This document shows positions 56,771 through 64,000 of a stretch of 64,000 bases of DNA, piece by piece. Source of the stretch: an uncultured delta proteobacterium (lineage in GTDB: Bacteria > Desulfobacterota > Binatia > Binatales > Binataceae); the NCBI GenBank assembly GCA_963808235.1, contig CAWEEQ010000004.1, positions 608,001 to 672,000 on the forward strand, written 5' to 3'. The notes under the pieces are model-generated. The model had not been told where the DNA came from. It saw only the letters and a program-made list of their open reading frames with translations, and ran no database searches. Position 1 is the stretch's first letter. Every line of letters begins with the position of its first letter. The position numbers were made by a program, and so were the translations under genes.

Positions 56771-57907
56771 ATGAGTTATAAGAGGAAGGCAGCAACGTTG
56801 GTTGCGTGCATGCTTGCGATCGGTGTTGCGTCGACGCCACAAAACGCGTCCGCCATCTCAACCTGCGAAACCGTACCGCCACCTCAACAAACGGCGTTGG
56901 CGCGTCCGATTCCGCTCGGCATTTCGGGCGGAAATATCCACTCGTTCTTCAGGTCCAAGGCCGGAAAGCTGCTGGGTTGCACCAGCGGGACGCTGGGATC
57001 GATGGTGCAGGACTCAAGCCTCAATCAATACATCCTCAGCAATAATCACGTGCTCGCGGACGAAAATGCAGCTAAACCCGGCGACCGGATCGTGCAGCCC
57101 GGCCTTGTGGACGTAACATGCATCAAGTCGCCGAGCAATGCGGTTGCGACCTTCAACAGCAAGGTCAAAATCAATTTCGCAGGTGGCAATAACACCGTCG
57201 ACGCCGCCCTTGGCGCCGTTGAGCCAGGAATGGTGAGCCCTCAAATCCTCTTTATCGGGGATATCGCAGGATCGGTGGCGACGCCGACGCTCGCGCTGCC
57301 TGTTCAGAAAATGGGCCGTACGACTTGCGTTACGACCGGAAAGATTGCGGGGCTCGACGCCAACATCACGGTAAACTATTCCGAAGTCAAAAAGCCGAAA
57401 TTGGCCAAGTTCATCAACCAGATTCTTGTAACCGGCAGCCCTGCCACCCCTACGTTCGGCGGACCCGGCGACTCAGGATCGCTAATCCTAACCCAGGGCA
57501 GTTGCCCTCAGGCGGTGGCGCTGCTCTTTGCGGGCTCGACTGACGGAACCGTCACGATAGCCAACCCGATTTCCACGGTGCTGAGTGCGCTGAACGTTTC
57601 GATGGTGGGTAGTTGCACGCCTTCGGTGGCATCGGACAGCGTGAACGCAGATGTCCTGGCCGGAAGTATCGGCATGACGAATGAGGACGTGGATTCCGCG
57701 AAGGCGGTTCGCGATGGGCACGAAGACCAGCTCACGAGTATACCGGGCGCAGTCGGCACGGCGATTGGCATCGGCGATGAGCCGGGCCAACCCGCGATTG
57801 AGGTTTATCTAACGAAGCTGACTCCAGAGGCTCAAGCTGCGGCGCCCAAGGATGTCGAAGGTGTTCCGGTGAAGCTGATCGAGAACGGCGGATTCGTCTC
57901 GTACTGA
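56771..57907 (+). CDS. Secreted trypsin-like serine protease (Nal1-like), paralog 2
   Basis: Same triad; KMGRTT; C-terminal domain near-identical to paralog 1. Confidence 0.85.
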   Translation: MSYKRKAATLVACMLAIGVASTPQNASAISTCETVPPPQQTALARPIPLGISGGNIHSFFRSKAGKLLGCTSGTLGSMVQDSSLNQYILSNNHVLADENAAKPGDRIVQPGLVDVTCIKSPSNAVATFNSKVKINFAGGNNTVDAALGAVEPGMVSPQILFIGDIAGSVATPTLALPVQKMGRTTCVTTGKIAGLDANITVNYSEVKKPKLAKFINQILVTGSPATPTFGGPGDSGSLILTQGSCPQAVALLFAGSTDGTVTIANPISTVLSALNVSMVGSCTPSVASDSVNADVLAGSIGMTNEDVDSAKAVRDGHEDQLTSIPGAVGTAIGIGDEPGQPAIEVYLTKLTPEAQAAAPKDVEGVPVKLIENGGFVSY

Positions 57908-57923
57908 GTGCGGAGTCCGTCGT

Positions 57924-58979
57924 CTAGGGTCGCGCTTCCAGCACGAGGTTAAACGGCGTCGCGGTTGCGCGGCGGACGCGGGAAAATCCTCCGGCCGTGA
58001 GCACTTCGCGCAGCCGCTTCTCGCCCGCCGAGTTGCCAAGTCCCAGCGCGACTTCCTGGGCCAGCGATGCGGGCACGCAGATCATCGTCGATGCGGCGTA
58101 GAACGTACGTCCAATCGGGTTGAAGTTTTCCTCGATTCGGTCGCCAGCGAACGGCTCGACAACCATCCAGGTTCCACCCGCTTTGAGCGTCGCCTTCACG
58201 TGCGATGCGGCGCCGACCGGATCGCCCATGTCATGCAGACAGTCGAAGAACGCGACGAGGTCGTAAGTTCCCGGATAGTCCTTCGCCGATGCGCGCTCGA
58301 AGTGGGCGCGATCGGCGACGCCGGCCTCACGCGCCGATTCGCGGGCGCGGACGATTGACGGCTCGTGATAGTCGAAACCAAAGAACTCGGATTTCGGATA
58401 TGCCTTCGCCATCAGGATCACCGATGCACCGTGGCCGCATCCGACATCCGCGACGCGCGCGCCGCGTTTGAGTTTTTCTTCCACGCCTTCGAGAGCGGGT
58501 ATCCATTCCGAAACCAGATGCATCGAGTAGCCGGGGCGAAAGAAGCGCTCGGTGCCGCGGAACAGACATGGGTCGTGCTCGTGCCATCCGACGCCGCCGC
58601 CGTTGCGAAACGCGTTGGCGACCTTGGGCTCATCGCGGATGGTGGCGGCGACAATCTCGAACATGCCGGGAAAGAAGGCGGGGCCGCCTTCGTCGGCGAG
58701 GACGAGGGCTTGCTCCGGCGACATCGAGAATCGTCGAGTTGCGGGATCGTAGTTGATATATCCGGCGGCCGCTTGAGCGGCGCTCCACTCGCGGACGTAT
58801 CGCTCGACGGTGCCGGTGCGCGAGGCCAGTTCGGCCGCGGTCAGAGGACCTGCGGCGGCCAGCGCTTTGTAGAGTCCGAACTTATCGCCAAGCAGTACCA
58901 GCGCAGCACCCATCGCGGCGCCGACGTCGCCGAGCATGCGTCCGAGTAGTTCCTGAAGTTTGTTTTCGTCGATCGCCAT
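57924..58979 (-). CDS. Class I SAM methyltransferase with N-terminal winged helix
   Basis: GDKFGLY, ERYVREW, DVGCGHG, FDCLHDM. Confidence 0.9.
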   Translation of the reverse strand: MAIDENKLQELLGRMLGDVGAAMGAALVLLGDKFGLYKALAAAGPLTAAELASRTGTVERYVREWSAAQAAAGYINYDPATRRFSMSPEQALVLADEGGPAFFPGMFEIVAATIRDEPKVANAFRNGGGVGWHEHDPCLFRGTERFFRPGYSMHLVSEWIPALEGVEEKLKRGARVADVGCGHGASVILMAKAYPKSEFFGFDYHEPSIVRARESAREAGVADRAHFERASAKDYPGTYDLVAFFDCLHDMGDPVGAASHVKATLKAGGTWMVVEPFAGDRIEENFNPIGRTFYAASTMICVPASLAQEVALGLGNSAGEKRLREVLTAGGFSRVRRATATPFNLVLEARP

Positions 58980-59058
58980 AGGCGCTCCTCCCTCATGCTT
59001 CGCTTAAGGGCCGGAACGATGGATGCGTAAGTCGAGCACGTTGCGAGGTCGCGGGTAC

Positions 59059-60210
59059 CTAGACGATTTTGCGGAAGGCGAGGGCGGGGCTGATCTTGAC
59101 GGCCTGCATCACCGGTACGATCGCGCTTAGCAGGCTTACCGTGACGATCGCGAAGAGCCCGGCGAACGCCAGGTCGGGCGTCACCTGCATGTAACCCAGT
59201 CCGCCGATCACCGCGCCCATCGTGACGCCGCGCCCGAATAGCGCCCATGCCAAGCCGGCGCCTGCTGCGCCGCCGATGAGGCCCATCGCGGCGGCCTCCG
59301 CGAAGAGCATCGTCGCGACGTGGACGGGCTCGAAGCCGAGTGCGCGGATAACCGCGACTTCGGAGATTCGCTCGCGCACGTTTATCGCCATCGAGTTTGC
59401 CGCCACCAGCAGCACCGTGATGACCACCACGGCGCAGAGGCTCAGGATTATCGTGCTGAGATCCGCGATCGCGGAGACGCCATTTGCGATCGAATCGCTC
59501 TCCGTGATCGTGCTGGTCTCGTACTCGGAGTTGCGGAACCGGCCGTCGATCTCCTCGATCACCTGCGGGATTTCATTCACGTGCGCGATCCGGACCGCGA
59601 TGAACGACGCGGCATCGGTGATATCGACGCCATAGGTCTGCTTCACCGCTTGATCGAAATAGTCGCGCCGAAAGATGAAGCTGTTCTGGCTCAGCCGCGC
59701 CTTCAGTTCCGCGATTATCAGAAATTGCAGCGTGAGCTTGCTGTCGCCGTTTTTGAGCGTAATCCACTGACCGATATGCCAGTGGTATTTTTCCATGAGC
59801 ATCCTGCCGACCAGCGCGGAACGCCGTTCGCGAAGAAACTCCTTGACCTGATCGGGCGTGAGAGAACTTTCGGGATAGACCTCTTGCACATCGGGGTCGA
59901 TACCGAACGAGACGATCGGCTGGCGATCGTTCTGATAGAGTCCGCCCCACTGGCGCTCGGCAGTGGTGGCCGCGACCCCCGGCATCTTCGCGATCGCGTC
60001 GCGATACCAGATCGGCAACATGTACGCATTCGGGGCGCTGACGATCACGCGGAGGCCCGTGGATACCTCGTCGAGGATCCGGTTGAGCGAGACCGGCACC
60101 GCGATCAGCACAGTCAACAGAAAGGCGGCGACAAATAGAGTCAGCACGCTCAGCGTCGTGCGCAGCATCCGGCGGCGCAGATTGCGGAATATCAGCAATA
60201 CAAGTTTCAT
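59059..60210 (-). CDS. MacB/FtsX-type ABC transporter permease
   Basis: RNLRR...RT, VRERISEVAVIRALGF, 4-TM layout. Confidence 0.9.
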   Translation of the reverse strand: MKLVLLIFRNLRRRMLRTTLSVLTLFVAAFLLTVLIAVPVSLNRILDEVSTGLRVIVSAPNAYMLPIWYRDAIAKMPGVAATTAERQWGGLYQNDRQPIVSFGIDPDVQEVYPESSLTPDQVKEFLRERRSALVGRMLMEKYHWHIGQWITLKNGDSKLTLQFLIIAELKARLSQNSFIFRRDYFDQAVKQTYGVDITDAASFIAVRIAHVNEIPQVIEEIDGRFRNSEYETSTITESDSIANGVSAIADLSTIILSLCAVVVITVLLVAANSMAINVRERISEVAVIRALGFEPVHVATMLFAEAAAMGLIGGAAGAGLAWALFGRGVTMGAVIGGLGYMQVTPDLAFAGLFAIVTVSLLSAIVPVMQAVKISPALAFRKIV

Positions 60211-60254
60211 CGCTCATACTTCGCGAGGATCTGTTTCATTTTTCAGGTCACGGC

Positions 60255-61421
60255 TCACGCCTCGCGTAATACGGCGTTGATGCCGATCGCCGAGGCGCGC
60301 CACGCGGGAAGAAATCCGCCAATCACGCCGATCAGAACGCCGGCGATGAGACCGGCCGCGACCGCTCGTATTCCAAGGTGAAACGAAAATATCAGCAGCC
60401 CGACGTTCATCAGGTTGCTGTTGAGGCCGGTAATGTCGGCGACCAGCATGCCTGCGACTTCGCCGACAATCGCGCCCGCCAAACCGAGCATCGCGCTCTC
60501 CGCGACGAAGCTCACGAGCACGTTGCCCGGTCCGAATCCGAGCGCGCGCAACACGCCGATTTCCCGGCTGCGACGGGCGACCGCCGCGTACATCGTGTTC
60601 ATCCCGCCGAAGACCGCGCCGATCGAGAGGATTGCGGCCAGGATCAATCCGTAGGACTGGAACTGATCGGCGATTTTATTCTGCTCCGAGTAAAATTGCG
60701 TCTCCGATTCGGCGTGAAGCGGCAGGCGCGGATCTTTTTTCAGAGTCTCCTCCAGCGACGACAGCTCTCCGGGCTTGATCACGACGTGCAGCACATTCGC
60801 GATCGCGTTTCCGGTCGTGCGGCGATAGTCAGTGAAGAGATCGTCAACGTCAGCCCATATCTCCGATTCGCGCGCGCTGTCATGGTCGGAGAAACTCCCG
60901 ACGATGTTCCAACTGCGCCGTCCGAAATGGAATTTCGCAGGAGGCGTGAGCGCGGGGAACTTTGCGACGAGCTTGCGCCCGACTACCCATTCTCCGGCGC
61001 CGGGAACCGGCCAATGCCCCGACTCCAGCTTCATGTTCCGATGCACGTTGTAGGCGATCGGCCTTACTCCGCGCAGATAGACGAACATGGTCTTTGCGTG
61101 ACCGGGATTTACGTTGAGCGCCGCGACAATTTCCGGCGAGATAAGCGGCGCGCCGCTGGGGTCGGTCGCGAATTGCGGCATCGCATGCAGCAGCTCGTAC
61201 ATCGGTTTCGCAATGACGCTGTTTGGCTCAGCCTCCGCGCCGGTGGAGAGAAGAATGTAGTTGCCAGGCTGGGCCGCAGTCTGGACCGTCCTTCTCATCC
61301 CGTCGACGAAACCGAACAGGATAAAAAGAATCATCACCACCAGCGCGATGCCGAGGCCGGCCATGATCGACGATGACCATCGCACCACGAGGCTGCGCGC
61401 GTTGTAGCTGAGCGGGATCAA
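60255..61421 (-). CDS. MacB/FtsX-type ABC transporter permease
   Basis: IPLSYN.RSL, NTMYAAVARRSREIGVLRALGF. Confidence 0.9.
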   Translation of the reverse strand: MIPLSYNARSLVVRWSSSIMAGLGIALVVMILFILFGFVDGMRRTVQTAAQPGNYILLSTGAEAEPNSVIAKPMYELLHAMPQFATDPSGAPLISPEIVAALNVNPGHAKTMFVYLRGVRPIAYNVHRNMKLESGHWPVPGAGEWVVGRKLVAKFPALTPPAKFHFGRRSWNIVGSFSDHDSARESEIWADVDDLFTDYRRTTGNAIANVLHVVIKPGELSSLEETLKKDPRLPLHAESETQFYSEQNKIADQFQSYGLILAAILSIGAVFGGMNTMYAAVARRSREIGVLRALGFGPGNVLVSFVAESAMLGLAGAIVGEVAGMLVADITGLNSNLMNVGLLIFSFHLGIRAVAAGLIAGVLIGVIGGFLPAWRASAIGINAVLREA

Positions 61422-61476
61422 TGGCGCCCCCGACTGAGTCAGCGAGTGTAGCGCGAGATATCCGCCTCGGCTAGCT
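61401..61476 (+). repeat. About 75-bp direct repeat (partner 63234-63308) covering the first codons and upstream region of the permease gene
   Basis: First 33 bp GTTGTAGCTGAGCGGGATCAATGGCGCCCCCGA identical; remainder similar. Confidence 0.9.
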
Positions 61477-61833
61477 GAGTCAGAGAGTGGGTAGATCTAG
61501 AATAGAGGATACCGAAACCTTATGCAGGTTTCGGACTTCCCGATTTGATTAAACAGGACGCGCGAAAACCGAGCGTCCTTCTTTGCCAGCGGGCGAGACC
61601 GAAGCCGGCAAGGAACTCCGGATGCCCCAGGCTCGCCATCGTCGAAGGTAACTATCGGACACTGAGCTAAGTCCAATTGTTTGCTCTAGGAATGACGCAT
61701 TGATATGAGTCAGCTTCTGAAAGAGATTTTGGGGGCAGTCTAAACCATTCGTACGAAAACCTCGGAGAATGCTGGGGCGTGATCTCGAGAAACCCGAGCA
61801 TTGCATCCGTCTAGCCAGGTCGGGGGGAAAGCC

Positions 61834-63222
61834 ATGACTAGAGCAGAGAAAAGGTTTGGGGATTATCGGCAGCACCTTGGCGTGACGCGCGTTCAGCAGA
61901 TGGCGATCGTCGTATTTGTGCTTACGCTCGCCACACGAGCCGCTGCGTTTACCTCGGTTCTTCCGCCGTTCACCGGGGCAAGCGACTTCATCACTGGGTT
62001 TCCCACCTGCCTCAACCTCCCGTTTACTACCGAGACTTTAGGTCCCCTAGGTGTGCTCTTTGACGGAGCACACTTCTTTGTCGACGACCCTTGCATCGGC
62101 GGGGGTACGACCTACAGATTCACCGCTGCTGGTGGTGATGCGTCAGCCCCCGATGCCGAAGTGGCAAATGGCCTGTTCGAGGGCCTCACGCTGAAGGGCG
62201 GTGTGTACTATGGCAACGGGGATTCGGCCATGTACCAATTCGAGCCCACAACGCTCAGCACGACCCCAATAGTGAACCTGCCTGTCTTTCCGTTGGGTTT
62301 GGCTGGACAGCCTGGCACTACGAATATCTGGTCGGGGGATCTGGACAATGGGGGCGCCGGGGGATTGTTCCTCATATCAAATCCGACCTCGGCAAGCCCG
62401 TCCGTAACCGAACTAACTAACGCCGTATGTTTTGACGGAATCGCGTTCACTGCCGATGGGACGAAATTTTACGGCGCCATCTGCGGGTCCACCTTTGTCT
62501 TTGGGTTGGACCTCACTACCGGGATAAGTTTCGTGGTGGATACTGCTCATCCGCTCATGGCCTGCGATGCTCTGCAAACCGACTGCACCGATCAGGACAC
62601 AGACGGCATCGCAGTGGCGCTAAACAACACGACGCTTTCGGGCATTGACGTTTCGAACAATGTCTTCGTAAACAGCCACGACGGGACCCTGGTGCGAATC
62701 GACGTAAACAATGGCAACGCAGTTTCGGCAGTGGCGAGCGGCGGATCACGCGGCGATTACACAACCGTAGGACCCGATAATTGCCTCTATGTGACGCAGT
62801 CGGATCGGGTCGAGAAGATGAGTCCCTGTTTCTTCCAAGTCTCCATCGCCAACAAGTGTCCGCTGACTCAGGGTTTCTGGAAGAACAATCCTGCGGATTG
62901 GCCGGTGACATCGCTGCTACTCGGGAGCGAAAGCTACACCCAGTCACAGTTAGAAGTAATTCTTCACACTCCGGCGGGTGGCGATGCGAGTCTGATCCTT
63001 GCAGACCAACTGATAGCAGCCAAATTGAGTATTGCGGGCGACTCCAACCCAGGGCCAATCGCATCAACAATCTCAAATGCGGATAGTCTGCTTGCGGCGC
63101 AGTCGGGCAGACTCCCCTACAAGATTAAGCCTTCCTCCACGGCCGGGCAGGCGATGGTCAACGATGCAGACATCCTGAACAACTACAACAATGACGCTCT
63201 GACCCTGAGCTGCACCCCGTAG
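61834..63222 (+). CDS. Secreted beta-propeller-like protein with C-terminal TQGFWKN domain
   Basis: Signal-like VVFVLTLATRAAA; DGIAF and GPD..LYV blades; codon usage less GC3-rich than neighbours. Confidence 0.75.
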   Translation: MTRAEKRFGDYRQHLGVTRVQQMAIVVFVLTLATRAAAFTSVLPPFTGASDFITGFPTCLNLPFTTETLGPLGVLFDGAHFFVDDPCIGGGTTYRFTAAGGDASAPDAEVANGLFEGLTLKGGVYYGNGDSAMYQFEPTTLSTTPIVNLPVFPLGLAGQPGTTNIWSGDLDNGGAGGLFLISNPTSASPSVTELTNAVCFDGIAFTADGTKFYGAICGSTFVFGLDLTTGISFVVDTAHPLMACDALQTDCTDQDTDGIAVALNNTTLSGIDVSNNVFVNSHDGTLVRIDVNNGNAVSAVASGGSRGDYTTVGPDNCLYVTQSDRVEKMSPCFFQVSIANKCPLTQGFWKNNPADWPVTSLLLGSESYTQSQLEVILHTPAGGDASLILADQLIAAKLSIAGDSNPGPIASTISNADSLLAAQSGRLPYKIKPSSTAGQAMVNDADILNNYNNDALTLSCTP

Positions 63223-63364
63223 CCCAAAGCGCAGTTGTAGCTGAGCGGGATCAATGGCGCCCCCGATGAGTCAGGGAGTGTAACGCGAGATATGCGCCTC
63301 GGCCAGCTTGGGTGCGGGGTGAGGACACTGGCGCGACGGCGACTCGCAGGCGAAATCAAAGAAA

Positions 63365-63700
63365 AGGAAATCGCTTCGCGGAGGTTCCTTCGGCAGGGCT
63401 CAGGACAGGCTCTTCGACTCCAGCAGCTTTCGCTCAGGACGACGGAAAGGAGCGGAGCCCTGCAGGCGATGGCATCGAGGTGGATGCGCGCGCCCTAACC
63501 CGTCGAGTGGGCGCGACGACCTCTCCCGAAGGGAGAGGTTTGCATAACCTCAGCGCGGCTTCGGAGCAGAGCAGAATCTTGAATCGCGCGCCAGAAAACG
63601 CGCGCTGGATAAGGTCCCTCGCCTTCAATCCTCTCCCATCGGGAGAGGGGATGATGCCTCGACTGGTTACGCAAAGGTCTCCGAAGGGAGAGGTGTAGGA
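63365..63700. repeat. Cluster of REP-like repeats
   Basis: TTCGCTCAGGACGACGG (about 63430), GCGCGCCCTAACCCG..CCTCTCCCGAAGGGAGAGG (about 63487-63538), CCTCTCCCATCGGGAGAGG (about 63630). Confidence 0.75.
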
Positions 63701-63727
63701 GCGCGTCGGTCGCCTGCCGGTTTGCGC

Positions 63728-64000
63728 TCATTCGACTACGATTGGGATTCGGAGATCGAATTCGGAGGGGACTGGCGCGCCGGAGCGCATCGCGGGGAAG
63801 AACTGCCATTGCGAGAGCGCGGCTAGCAGCACCTGATTCAGGCGAGGGTTGCTGGTCGGCTTGATAAGGGTGACGGTTACCGTGCCGTCGGGGGCGACGA
63901 CGAAGTGGGCCATCGCTTCGGCATGGATCGCGTCTTCGCGCAGGTCGTCGGGGATCTTTGGCGGCGGGGCGTAAATCGCGCGCGCGCCGGCGCTATCGGT
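63728..64000 (-). CDS. TonB C-terminal domain protein, 5'-truncated by the window
   Basis: F.VAPDGTV, LNQ..L.AL.QWQFFPA...GAPV; frame continues to the window edge. Confidence 0.75.
   Translation of the reverse strand, partial: TDSAGARAIYAPPPKIPDDLREDAIHAEAMAHFVVAPDGTVTVTLIKPTSNPRLNQVLLAALSQWQFFPAMRSGAPVPSEFDLRIPIVVE

Overview
High-GC bacterial chromosome segment. The 16S rRNA and the style of the secreted proteins suggest a Binatota/Candidatus Binatus-like organism; this is an inference, not a database match. Core content: tig-clpP-clpX-lon-hup (minus strand), a K+-independent H+-PPase, acs, a full rrn operon (16S-Ile-Ala-23S-5S), tRNA-Val(TAC), a PrkA/YeaG-YeaH-SpoVR operon, a VapBC pair, catabolic enzymes and many secreted PT-linker or beta-propeller proteins. 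Several single-base frameshifts, including one in lon, look like long-read indel errors. The most interesting signals lie outside the gene calls. (1) A small GIY-YIG nuclease gene is bracketed by copies of a GTCAT-tagged REP-like repeat that is also scattered across the window, a REPtron-like layout without a RAYT. (2) Third codon positions become strongly and strand-specifically A-rich in genes that run into those repeat clusters. (3) Three tRNA-Val 3' fragments lie downstream of tRNA-Val and separate single-gene units. (4) Several single secreted-protein genes are flanked by long (about 75-143 bp) direct repeats of local sequence. (5) A signal-peptide protein carries a Tox-REase-9-like nuclease domain with no evident immunity gene.
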